A DNA stretch of 55,709 nucleotides, the filler included, from Jimgerdemannia flammicorona (lineage: Eukaryota), in assembly GCA_003990765.1 (NCBI GenBank). It is 3 parts of 3 records of this genome, joined end to end, with 100 filler letters (N's around TTAATTAATTAA, not from the genome) between each part and the next. Parts side by side here need not be neighbours in the genome. Positions count along the whole stretch, not along the records: positions 18,605 to 37,107 come from RBNJ01002195.1; positions 37,208 to 55,709 come from RBNJ01002196.1; 1 more part is not named here. The stretch is one strand, 5' to 3'. Within the stretch, counting starts at the first letter, position 1. Each line of letters opens with the position of its first letter. The notes under the pieces were generated by a model. It saw only the letters and a program-made list of their open reading frames with translations, was not told where the DNA came from and did not search any database. This document shows, in pieces, positions 25,037 to 37,943 of the stretch. The translations under genes were made by a program, and so were the position numbers.

Positions 25037-27167
25037 GCATGATTTAATGAGATAAGGGTATGGATAGGAATGTAATAAACATGAGGTCGTGTCCCGCTAT
25101 CTCACCCGACACACAGCAAAATCAATATATGCCACGCAGTACATACCACCTCCTCGCCCTTCCTCCTTCCACCCCTCCACCCCCCTCTCCCTCTCTCTCC
25201 CTTGCCGGTTCGATCACAAGGTTCCGGTTCTCATAAAATGTTTTCCCAAAACTGGATACCCATGTCGCTGGCACAATCCTTTCTCCTTCTCTCTTCCTGT
25301 CCAACTTCTACCCCGATTCCAGCGGATAATCATTGAACGGGAATTTGCAACGATGGGAGGTCGCCAAGGCGCCTGAGTACCGATCACGCCAGGGTGCAGG
25401 CTCGGGAAGGAAATGTGTTGCGGGGCAGACGTGTACGAGGACGCACTCAATCACAATCTGGCTGACCCGCCTCCGCCTCTCCCCCCCACCTAACGCGGTT
25501 CCTTGAGCGACGACTTGCCCCAGGGTGAAAGTCTACTACCGGAAAACGATTTACGGCTTAGCGAAGAATTATCGCTGAATAGCGGAGTCATTCCAAAAGG
25601 AATCTGGTAATGCAAGGGGTCATTCCCAGGGTAATGCAGGAGTAGGATATATAGGTGCTTAGCCAACTATATGTGAGAAGTGCAAGACGTGGGTAGCAAA
25701 GCGTAAAGAATGGTGGGGAAACGACGCCCCGAGCCTGTTGTCAACAAGTTATACGAAAAATATATACGTGCGAGTATATATACGCGTCAAGTGTAGTGAA
25801 ATTAGAGTCACTGTAGTGAACCTTGCTAATTTCCACACAACCTACCGTCAAAACAACGTCTGCGAGCTTGAAGAAATTACTTTCGCAAAAACCGTAAAAT
25901 GGGCTCTAGAACATATGTCCCAACAGAAGCGGAAAAAAAAAAAAAGGAAAAGAGGAATCAACCACTACATCTTGGCACCAGTCTATTTTTATAGCGCCGC
26001 CTACATACTACCAAGCCCACCCTTTGCGCTCAAAATGTATATGGAAGACGCCAATTTATCAATAGCGGTTGTGGGTTTCACGTATTTTGGGAGTGTTGGA
26101 AAATTTTTTGGGCGCCAACTTCACGCCTGGCTTCAAATTTAGTGCCGTATCTACGATTCAACCCGCCCTTTTCAAAGAAAAAATTTCTAATGTTTCTTAT
26201 AGACTATACTGGTAACAGCTATATATATATAATAAAAAAAGAAATAAATGATAATCATTAACTAATATTTCTAGAAGCTGTAACCTCCAACCAGTGGCAG
26301 ATAGATTATTGTCTGCAAACACATAGCATACACACAAACTAACCATAACATTGGAATGATGCAAGCCAATTTAGTCATTCAAACGATATCTGCCCTATCA
26401 GAACTGAGGAGTTTGGTTAATTGACCTCAATCCTTTTGTAATATAAACTGGTCTACAAGTCATATCCATATTACATAGCCCAATTATTTAGTTAGAAGAA
26501 ATTGTATATATAATTAATATCATTAATTACAATATAGAGGAGACTTTGAAATATTTAGAACCTATATGAATTCACAAAGAGCAAGGTATCCAAGGAATCT
26601 GTATAATAGGTTGCTTTTTCTCTACAACAAGATCAAATAGCTTCTTGGCAATAAGTAAAATGATCATTGCCATAAGAAATATATCTGATATAAGGGGGGA
26701 AATAATCAGTTCCTAAATGTAAACTGAGTATAAGGTCACATCAGAGTGTTAATATATAATCACATACCTCAGTAGCTGATATAGTATCTTACTATATATT
26801 TTTAAATACCTGAATATAGTCAGCTTTATATTTTGCAAAAATATATTTTTACCGATAGAGTATTCTTATAATATATAGAACAATGTGATTATAATTAAGA
26901 GATCCTAATATCTCAACTGCAAAAACTATTCTATAGTAAAATTAAAATAAATAATAGAGAGCAAACTAATAGTATATTGTATATATAACTTTCTACAACT
27001 TTAGAATACTTTATTACTACTATACAGACTATATTTCCATTAAGAATAATTCTAGATGGAGTATTATTATGTAATTAAAACATTGATGATATATTATATT
27101 AACTCATCATACTATATTACTAATTTTTTTTTTTTAATATATAATATTGCTCAAAGACTTAAAGTAA

Positions 27168-28352
27168 CACTCCTTTCTCTGCTACCTTACCAGTCACAGG
27201 GTTTGGTAGGTGACCTTCTGAGTCCCCTTTCCCCTAATATTACCCCCTCTACCTCAGATTGGTTTGCTGTGCCTGCAGGGACATGGTGAGAGGAGGGCAA
27301 TGATGATGAGTTGCCCCTTTATTGGTGTCAGATCAGTGCTTTCTCCACTTTTTCGCAGATTCTGGTGCCTTCAGCTGCATCTGGGGTGTGCCCATTTTGG
27401 TGCAGCGCCTTCTTCCTTTTGCCATCACCAACAAGGAGTTGTCTCAGTGTGTCTCAGGCTATGTAGGGAGTCAGCCGACCTTGGGTGTTAAGTGCTCAGT
27501 GTAGGTTACCTGCAGGTCCTCAGTGTCTGTGGTGGGGCCCTCTGGCTTTGGCAAGCTTCCTGGTGAGTGCAGTTCTGGCATAGATGACTGTTTTTTGGGT
27601 GATGTCAGATTGGGAGGGGAGATGGCCATCACAGATAGGAGGAAGGGCGATTACGGTGGACCAGTAGGGTGCCAGGCTGGGGGCAGTTGTTGGGGCTGGG
27701 GCAGGTGCTGCTTCAGTGGGGCCTTTTGATTGGTGCGGTACGGTTAGGTGGTAGGTATCACTCTTAGCTTCTTTTGGTAATTTGTGGGGTTGGGCCCTGG
27801 TCATCAGAGGGGGTCAGGGGGCCCGAGGCTACCCATTTCAGGCATCTTGGCTGTACTCAACTGGAACTGGGAGCTGATACAGCAATGTGATTAAGGCCTG
27901 CAGGCTTGAGTAGTAGGATATTGGGGGTTTCCTCCCACCTCATGTGTAAGTTCTCTACTTACCTCAACTGGGAGAACCAGGCCCTATCCACCATATTATG
28001 CTTTGATGAGGGTTTTTCTGTGCCTATCATTCTCTTTGGAGTGGTAGGGGCTCTCCTATTCGGCTTGGGTGTGGCCTTGTATATACGTTGGGTTCTCAGG
28101 TATACACTTTTGGTTGTTGGCATATGGCTGGGTTTCCCCTGGTGGTAGGGAGAGTATAGTACACAGAATGAGATGTGGGCTACTTTATCCTACTGTGCCC
28201 AGTATGGTTGAGCTGCGGGACAATAGCTAGCCTAGGTTAATGGGGGGACAGTGTTTGATGAGTGGTGGGGGAGGGTTTTGGCCTATATAGTCTAGGTTCC
28301 CTTCCAATAAAAATTCATGGGACATAGAGTCCATTAAACAAAAAAAAAAAAA
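27168..28352 (+). mobile_element. ~1.2-kb retroposon, copy 3 (full length)
   Basis: 15-bp TSD aaagacttaaagtaa at 27153-27167 and 28353-28367. Poly(A) tail, and the same 5' end as copy 2. Confidence 0.9.
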
Positions 28353-28639
28353 AAAGACTTAAAGTAAAATTTAAGTATAAATGTAATAAGTAAGTTGAAA
28401 GTATCTAAATATTCACAAGTTTAAGACAAATATATTATATAAATATATTATTTATATATAATATAATGACCAATATATTATCTACTTACAAATAAGACTA
28501 ATTAAAATAAAAATACAATATATATACTAGAAGAAATGTTATCTTATAATGGTTGATGAAACTGCTGACTACATATGGTAAAACTGCTGCCCTATCACAT
28601 ATTTATATATCTCTATTCTTTTATTTATTTTTAGCTTTA

Positions 28640-29780
28640 TTTTTTAGTAATATAATATTCTTTAGAATAGAATCTATCTTATATTAAAGTGGCTTATAGG
28701 GTTCAATATCTAATCAGAGAAATCAACAAAAACTTAATTGTATATCCTAATATATAGGAGTCTATACCAAATGGTGAACTCAGAATGTTAAATAATTATA
28801 TAAGATTACTTTAACATAATGTCTCTCTATTTTCTCTAACTATATTTCCTATAACAAACTATCTAACTCTCTGCTGTACCAATGTCAGGGCTTTATTACT
28901 TTTCAAAAAAAAACCCTTTGGCTCTCACCTAATGTTATATTTCTATTCTTACAGTTATTATCAATAATAAATATCTGTTAATTGCTCTCAATGAAAAAGA
29001 TTATAATGACTGATCAATTTATTTTATCTATCAAATATACTGAAAATTCTTGAAGTTATGCTTAACTATACAGAGTGCTATGATATTATAGAGTGGGTGT
29101 ACTATACCACTAATCAGATATATATTACCAAACAAATGAAGTATATAGAAAAATATTTGTTACTATAGAAGTCTGCACATATTACTATATGATAAACTAG
29201 AGTACTATATTTACTTATGAGGTAAACTATATAGTCTCATCAGTAGTCTCTATAATAGTATCACCTCTGTATTCATTATTTTATTTAGTACTACTAGACT
29301 TTCACCATTGTAATACTTCTTTTTCTCCTTTTTTGTAACATACTATCTTGTTATTAATTATATAACTCAATATATCTAGAGTATTTTCCAGAAGAATATT
29401 TTTAACTTAGTATCTTTTGGCCAGCTAAACAACAGTTTCAATATAGTCATAAGAGTGATTTCTATGTCTGCTGCAGCCAATCCTGCTGAGGATATTATTA
29501 TTCTTAGAATACAATTAGAGAATATTCCCATGTCTGCTACAGCCAATCCTGCTGAGGATATTATTATTCTTAGAATATGAGTAGAGAAGATTCCTATGTC
29601 TGCTGTGCCCGATCCTGCTGAGGATGTTATTATCCTTAGGACATAATTAGAGAAACTCAAATAGTTTCTATCCAATTGTGTGATTGATAGGAGATTGTTA
29701 GATTCAATAGTCAGAAGCAAAGTAGCCAAGAAATATAAACATGAAAAGGAGGCGGGGTCGAATGTAGAAAAAGGAGCCTA
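28640..29780 (+). pseudogene. Hypermutated third paralogue of the two-TM gene family, inverted relative to the intact copies
   Basis: Reads *GKLYSLISSLYNSITSVFIILFSTTRLSP against WGELFGLIGGLYGGVASVFIILFGTARLSPW. The last intron, last exon and 3' flank (to ~29950) are homologous. Contains a 66-bp triplication. Confidence 0.85.
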
Positions 29781-30044
29781 AATTACCGAAGCTCGATATA
29801 TAGAGCTCATGTACTCGCAAATAGCCATACTGAGGTTTATCTTTATTTTTTTTTATTAATTACTAGCTAGGGGTGAGATATATATTTGTGTAGGGATTTT
29901 TTGTATCATTTGACATGCACTTCGCAATCCACACCTGTGAGGGTGCTTCCTTATATATATATGTATAAATATAACTTCCTCTTATTTATCCAAATCACCT
30001 ACCCTTAGCCATGAATATTGCGCGAGCATGTGCAAACTTAAACA

Positions 30045-30400
30045 AAAAAAAAAAAAAAAAAAAAAAAAACCCTGAATAATGATGAAGGTTAAAGTATCTC
30101 TAATGTAAACCGGATTATTAGTATGCGAATGATGAATGAAGATAAAGCACAGAATGGTGATGAATAAGCGAATGGAAATAAATGACGACTTAGGGTAGAA
30201 CAACAATGAACAATAACTAAATACAGAATGCCGATGACAGGGACATAGCGCGGAACAGCGATGAACGACGACAAGCGCAGAATAGCGATGACGACGTTGA
30301 TGGATGGTGGATGATGGACGACAGGTATGAAACAATTAAGCGCATAATGACGATGAACGACGACTATGTATAGAAGATAAACCACTACAAAGCGATTTCA
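30045..30400. repeat. A-run followed by gatgaacga/gacga-rich low-complexity repeat
   Basis: Shares motifs (agaacaatgaac, gcgatgaacgac, gatggatg) with 34268-34500. Confidence 0.45.
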
Positions 30401-31609
30401 GCAGTTGTCAGCACAGGGAATTTCGTTGGTCAGTGTGAACCTACTTGGCAGTCTGTGAATTACTGCGGCAGTCTAATCTTGCTTTCATCTGCAGAAATCT
30501 CATTGGGAATGCCGCCGGAGTGGCTGACACGAGGTTCCACAGAAATTGATCACTAATTGAAGCGTTGTAGGACCTATCGTGCGTGGCTTCCTTGGATAAC
30601 TGGTCTCTTACGAATACAGCCGGATTTCGATATTTCAAGACTACCCTTTATTGCAATCGATAAGATCCACTAATTATACAGATTTCTAATATATAATATC
30701 TGGGCCATCCTGCGTAAGCCAGTTCCCCTTTTATTCCACATATTCCTCCTTGGTAGACTGTCCCATGTACATCTTAGTGTTTCTTGTTCGTTTATTTGTC
30801 TCGCCAGGCTTAGTTTGGTCGATCTCAAAACACGTGCTTCACACACTGTTTATACCTTGGGCGTGGGAATGATCATGAGTTCCCAACCACAGATATACTG
30901 TCTCTACGTTTCCAGCCGCGGCGACCCTAAAGAAGGACAAGTTTATCAAACAAATACGCCTGAGTTTGGTCTTTTAATTAAACTCTCTGACGTTCTTCAA
31001 AACGATATCCTTCGCCAATGCTTGACGCCGAACTTCGTGAAAAGGAAGCCTACCCGATCCGATGGTTGATCGTTCCGATTTGGATATGTCAATCCAAACC
31101 GTATTGCTAAACTAACAATATAATACTGATATAAAATCTGTAATATTGATTGATCATCTGAGCAAGGAGCTATCATGAAAAAATTCATTGATGTTGTGAA
31201 AATAGTTGTTGTTGGTAAAAATTGAAATTAACCACCATTTCCTTGAAGTCGATGGTTTAAAATTATGAAAAATTCCTCACACTGGTACCATCTGAAGGAT
31301 TGTTACATGACTACCAGTAGGAGTCACGACGCCGAGCGCTCTTATCTTAGGGTTTCTTCGATTTTGTTGGAGTTTGCTTACCCGCATACAACATTAATGG
31401 ATTTTGATAAGTTGATTTGAATAATTTAGAAGAAGTTATAATTATATTGAAGCACTCACGGGTGCGGACAGGGAGTGTGCATGTCTAATTAAACGTAAAT
31501 ATCCCACATACATAATTATATAGATCACCCCCAGGTAGTAATTAACAAAAAAAAACAGCTTATGTCTATTTCGCGAGTACATAGGTGATATACGTCGAGC
31601 TTCGGTAAT

Positions 31610-33069
31610 TTAGAACCCTTTTTCTACAATCGACCCTGTTTCCATATCATGTTCGTGTTTCTTGGCTACTTTGCCCTGGACTATCGAATCTAATAACCCT
31701 CTATCAATCACGTAATTGGATAGAAACCCTTCGAGTTTCTCCAAACGCGCTCTAAGGATAATAACATCCTCGGCAGGATCAGCCTCAGGAGATATTGGAA
31801 TTGGATCAGCAAGCGGAGTGCCGCTCTTAACAATGCTATTGGGCGGATTGAATCCATCGTTTAGCGGGCCAGAGAGTACCGATTTGAAAACATTCTTCTG
31901 GAAAATACCCCTACCCAGTAGCAAAGATGTATTGAGTTAGATAAGTGATGACAAGGTATTATATTACAATAATGGAGAAGAAAGAAAGTTACCATGGTGA
32001 AAGCCTAGCTGCACCAAATAAAATAATGAATGCAGAGGCGACACCACCGTAGAGACCGCCGATGAGACCAAATAATTCACCCCACGAGTGGATATAGTGC
32101 TCCCGGTTTACCATATAGTAATCTGTGCGGGCTGAAAACATGACAAAAGTTCTTGAATCGTTGAACTCCGACGGTCGGGTGATATATGTCTGAGCGTTGG
32201 TATAGTACGTGTGGCCTGTGACATCCACGTTCAATACGTAGTCAATCGTGATATCGAGTATCTCTCCAGGAAGTACGGCGTAACCGGGTAATGGATCGGT
32301 TTTTTTAGGATAATAAAGTTTGTCAGTTTCATATCGCGGATGTTGATTGTCAACTAATAATCTAAGGGTTGTATATGGTTGCATTGTGACGTTTGGTGGA
32401 GGCGAAAAGTCGATTGTGAAAACACTGAATCCGGTGCAATAGATTGGTAGAGGGTCGGGTAGTTCGTTGCATGTAGTATAATCCGAGAAAAAGAGGGGCG
32501 ACAGGAGATAATAATTGTAGCTCATCATTGATCCTTCCAGGTCTACGTTTCCATCCAGAACTTCTGCGCAATAGGGAGCTCTGGTTGAGTTTACTTTCTT
32601 GTCTCTGGTTACATGTTGGATCTCACAACCCACTTGGATGTAAGGCGGCTCCCATTTGGACAGATCTGGTGAATACCACGCACCAAGAGTCTCTGTCACA
32701 TTTGAGAAAATATTAGCTTCCATAGTTCCAGCGGATACAGCGTATCATTAACCCAAAACAGACTTACTAGGGAAAGGGAAATAGGGATAGTAATCTGTTG
32801 TATTGCGTCGGACCCGAGTTGATACAATGTAGATTTCCCCCCTGAAGGTACAAGGGTCAACTGCAATAATTAAATGCTGATGAAATCAGAGTTCCAAAAT
32901 TCATTTTCATGCGAGGATTTTCATACCTAGTCACATCTAAGATCAGAAACACCAAATAGACAAGAATGCCAACGAAACCGCAAATGACTGTAGCCCTCCG
33001 CAGGAGTACAAACCAGCGTGGTTCATAGCGTGTGGTTTTGCGAAAGAAAGAGAATACCTCAGAGAACAT
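31610..33069 (-). CDS. Two-TM membrane protein with large Cys-containing loop, paralogue A (405 aa)
   Basis: Exons 33069-32927, 32841-32768, 32692-31993 and 31910-31610 joined by GT-AG introns give an open frame. N-terminal TM, C-terminal TM, LSPWG motif and RLEKLEGFLSNYVID tail. Confidence 0.85.
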
Positions 33070-34267
33070 TATGAATAGTGATTAGGGGTATATGGAAGCA
33101 AAATCTACGTGCCAATGATCCGGATTTAAAGGTGTCGAAATAGCGTTGTAAAATAGTGTCCCACGCCCACGGGACCTTATCTCGTTTCACACGTTTCTCT
33201 TTTATCTTTTCATCCGCGTTCTCATCCTCCTCTTGGTCTTTTGCAGTCTACCCTACCATATCAGTGATCCGAGTATAAATTCCAGATGGAAGAGTAACAC
33301 AGTGTACAAAAAACGGAACGATTCCAGAAAGGATACGCGGAACGAAGAGCAAAGTCTAGGCCATATTTTCTGGTCTGTACGCGGCAAAACGAGGAATCTC
33401 AGCTACAAAACGAATTCCTTAAATCTGATTGACATATTTAATCTATCTAGACATATAATAAGGTCTTTACCTCAGTTATGCTGTAATAAGTATTACCAAA
33501 AAAAAAAAAAACGAAGCACGGAAATACGAGAATTCCCGTCTTTGAGATTCTGCTTTGTTTGATGGTATGCGAACGAATCAGAGATGTCTCGAAATTTGCT
33601 TGTCGTACAAGATGGTGTTTGCGTTACCTTCAGTCGGAGTGTAAGTTCACCACGTTTCTTTTTGAAACGTAGATCTCCTTTTTCATGCTGGTGACAGAAT
33701 ATAATTGGATATCTCGGGATCTTCGTTTGTTTAATAGATAATTGTGTGATCAGCGCATACGCAGCATGCACACAAAGCTGCCGACTAGGCATGACGAGAC
33801 TCCCTAGAAAGAGTTCTGAAGTCCTCTCGATCGGTGGCAGTAAACTCCTTTACAGCACCAGTGCTACCTCATGTTAACTGTGCTTTTGGGTTACTTAACA
33901 CACTTTTAAAAGACCTCGAAGTCACAGAATTGATCTTATAACAATATTTTAAAGAAGGCTGCAACTAAGGGAACGTGCCGAGGCAGTAGATGTCCCACGT
34001 GGATACAACATCGCCTATGCCTGATCTCAATGGCCATGTTAGTTTCCCGAAATGTGTTCGCTTAGGTCAGCAGGCAGGCCCAGCTTACAGGCTCAACTTT
34101 TTGTAAATCACACGGGGACAAATTCGAAGCCAAATTCTGGTGTAATTGGCTCATACAGTGAGATATTGGGTTCCTTGGCCTGGAGGATCTCTAAAATATC
34201 TATTTTGATACTATACGCATAATAGGGTCGCTCTATTAGCGTATAATACAAAGATAATTACTAGGGA

Positions 34268-34500
34268 TGAAAAAAAAAATCAATGATGACAGATGACAGA
34301 TGATAACAAATGACGAGAGTTGACAGACGACATGAAGGATGACGGATGATGGATGACGGACGACTAAACGCAGAACAATGAACGATGGCTAATTGCACAG
34401 AACGCGATGAACGATATGAATAAACCGAGAGCGGCGATGAACGACCACTAAACCCAACTGAGCGCTAACAGAATAACAACGATTATGCGCAGTCTAAGTG
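34268..34500. repeat. Second gatgac/gatgaacga low-complexity repeat
   Basis: Related to 30045-30400. Confidence 0.45.
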
Positions 34501-34656
34501 GATCAAAGCAGTCCCGAAATATTTTCCAAATGTCCGAAACATCTCTCTAAACCGACTACAGCGAAATTTTCCTTAAATTAACTCAAAGGAAGACCCGACC
34601 ACTGTAGAATTCCAAGTATTCACATTGAACTTCGGCATTGTAGGGTGTAGAGTGCG

Positions 34657-36207
34657 TTAACAGCAGGGTAGCGTTGTGGCAGTGGGAGAGGTTGGGAGGG
34701 ATAATTTCGTTTCAGCAGGATGTAGAATGTGGGCACTTCGGGAAGAAGGGAGTGAGTGGCGCATAAGTGGACCCGCCTCCATTTCGTGTTCATGTTTCTT
34801 GGCTACTTTGCCCTCGACTATAGAAAATATCAATCCGCCATCAATCACATAATTGGATAGAAATCTTTCGAGTTTCTCCAACCGTGTCCTAATGATAATA
34901 GCATTCTCGGCAGGATCAGCCGCAGCGGACATAAGAATCGGATCAGCAAGCGGAATGCCGCTCTTATGGTTGCTATTGGGTGGGTTAAAGCCGTCGTTTA
35001 GCGGGCCGGAGAGCATCGATTTGAAAACATACTTCTGGATAATACCCCTGCAACGAAGCAAAGATGTATCGAGTTAGATAGGTAATGACAAGGTAGTATA
35101 TTACAAAAATAGAGAAGAAAGAAGGATTACCATGGTGAAAGCCTAGCAGTACCAAATAAAATAATGAATACAGAGGCGACGCCACCATAGAGACCGCCGA
35201 TGAGACCAAATAATTCACCCCACGAGTGGATATAATGTTCCTGATTTACCATATAGGAATCGGTTCGAGCAGAAAATGAGACAAAAATTCTTGAATCGTT
35301 GAACTCCGACGGTCGGGTGATATATGTCTGAGTGTTGGTATAGTACGCGCGGCCTGCGACATCCACGTTAAATGCATATTCAATCGTGATATCGAGTATC
35401 TCTCCGGGACGAACGGCGTAATCGGTGCTTAGATTGGTTTGGTTAGGAAAATAAACCTCACCGGTTTTATATCGCGGGTTTTCATTGGCAACTGATAATT
35501 TAAGAATTGTATGTGGTTGCATTGTGACGTTTGGTGGGGGCGAAAAGTCGACTGTGAAAACACTGAATCCAGTGCAATAAAATGGTAAAGGGTCGGGTAG
35601 TTCGTTACAGGTAATATAGTCCGAAAAATAGAGGGACGGTAGGGTATAATAATTGTAGATTATTATTTGATCTTCCAGGTCCACATGTCCATCCAGAACT
35701 CCAGCGCAATGGGGAACTTTTGTTATGTTTACGTTCTTGTCCCTGGTTACATGTTGGATCTCACAACCCATTTCGATGTAAGGCGGTCTCCATTCGGACA
35801 GAGAATGCGAATACCACGCACCGAAACTCTCTGTCAAATTTGAGAAAATATTAGCGTCCATGAAGCCAGCGGATACAACGTATCATTAACCCAAAAAACG
35901 ACTTACTAGGGAAAGAGAAAAAGGGAAAGTAATCTGTTGTGTTGCGTTGGACCCGAGTTGAGACAATGTAGGTTTCTCCCCTAAAGGCACACATTTCAGC
36001 CACAATTATTAAATGCTGTTGAAATCGAAGTTCAAAATACATTTTCTTGCAACGAATTTCATACCTAGTCACATCTAAGATCAGAAACACCAAATAGACG
36101 AGAATGCCAACGAAACCACAAATGGCTGTAGACCTCCGCAGGAGTACAAACCAGCTTGGTTCGTAGCGTGTGGTTTTGCGAAAGAAAGAGAATACCTCAG
36201 AGAACAT
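34657..36207 (-). CDS. Two-TM membrane protein, paralogue B (435 aa)
   Basis: Exons 36207-36065, 35980-35907, 35830-35131 and 35047-34657. The first three exon lengths are identical to paralogue A (143, 74, 700 bp). Confidence 0.85.
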
Positions 36208-37107
36208 TACGAATAGTGATTAGGGGTATACAGAAATAAAATCTACGTGTTAATGACGCGGCTTTAATAGGAGATGCCCTCTGGAATGAGTTACGAGTCA
36301 AAACGACCTGCGAAGACGTGTCCCACGCCCACGAGGCCTCATCTCGTTCACACATTTCTCTTTTCTCTTTTCATCTGGCAGTCTGACCTATCGTATCTGT
36401 GGTCTGAGTATACATTCCAGATAGGAGAGTAACACAGAGTGTTCAAAAAACAGATCTGCACGACTTGTTTCAAAAGGTGATACAAGATGGTGTTTGAGGC
36501 AAAAGATGAGCCAATCATTGGATATCACGGGCCGCAGTGGGAAACGCCTATTTCGGGGGAGGCTTGCTCACCTAATCGGGAGGAACCGGCCAACAAGACA
36601 TGACCATTGGAAGCAGGAGTCATCAATAGGCACGTTCTCTTAGTGCAGCCTTCGTATATCCTAAAATGGTATAAGACCAATTTTGTGACTTTGAGATGGT
36701 CTTCAAAAGAAGCGCGGTCTACATAAGGCACGACCAATCGCGAGGACTTGGGAACTCTTCCTAAGGAGTCCCATCTTGCTTTTATCCCATAGTTGGTAGC
36801 TTTGGGCACAAAACGCCGCTGCATGCTGTATATGCACTGACCAAATATCTATACGAAGATCTCACATCTCTTGAACAAGATTTACTATTCTATTCCGTCG
36901 TCAGAATAAAAAGAGTGAGCGACATTCTAAAAACGTTTCAAAAAGGAACGTGGCGAACTTACAATCCGATTCCCACAAAATTGAATGTAACTCAAACGCC
37001 ATCTTGTATGACAAGCAAACTTGCCTTTTGAAAAGACACGTTTTGGTTCGCATACAATCAAAGCAGAATATCAAAGACCGGAATTCTCTCTCTTTTTTTT
37101 TTTTTTT

Positions 37108-37207
37108 NNNNNNNNNNNNNNNNNNNNNNNNNNNNNNNNNNNNNNNNNNNNTTAATTAATTAANNNNNNNNNNNNNNNNNNNNNNNNNNNNNNNNNNNNN
37201 NNNNNNN
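37108..37207. other. Assembly gap linker
   Basis: N44-TTAATTAATTAA-N44. Confidence 0.98.
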
Positions 37208-37943
37208 TCTGCTTTTTTCGATTCTATGACGTTTTGCAACTGATCAGTTTTTCCAACACTACCTAAATAATCTTTTACGGTCTCGCCTGTACATGCACTA
37301 TGTAAATTGCTTATGGAACAGTAACTTTGTCGGTGTGCAACACAATAGAACTAAATATATCTCTCTATATAATATTACAATGTTAGAAATTAATGATAGT
37401 ATTTTGAAATTCAAAGTCTCATTAAAAAGCACTTAGAAAGAAAAAGAACTATCAAAAATTATTAGTAAAGTAATACATAATTATATAAATATGAAACTAG
37501 TTTACATCAAGTCCACTATGGAACTGAAAAATTACAGCACCATCCGAAGCATTTTGAAACAAGAGCAAGGCGAGAAAGTCACCCATATGTTTTCAAAGTG
37601 TCCGACACCAAAGCTATTCAAGAATATTTGGATAAAGAGAGAATCACCTATGAAATTTACCAACAATTATATATTGATCCTAATAATTATAGAAGCATAA
37701 ATACCACTTATCAAGAAGATATATCTGTACGAAGTCAAGGCAAATCAAATTCTAAGAAGCGAGAATTACCAGAAACATCTTAAGAGCCTAGAAAAAAAAG
37801 AAAAACCTCTGAAGAGTAGAATATTATGGGTATCATATAGAGGTATTCCTATATGTATGTATTCTTTAATACACTCTGTGGAAGAAATTTTACAAAATCA
37901 GACAAACTGTGCATAATATATATATAAAATATATATATATGGT

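Noticed and set aside
30441..31188. Short ORFs between the pseudogene and paralogue A
   Set aside because: No recognisable motifs or consistent exon structure.
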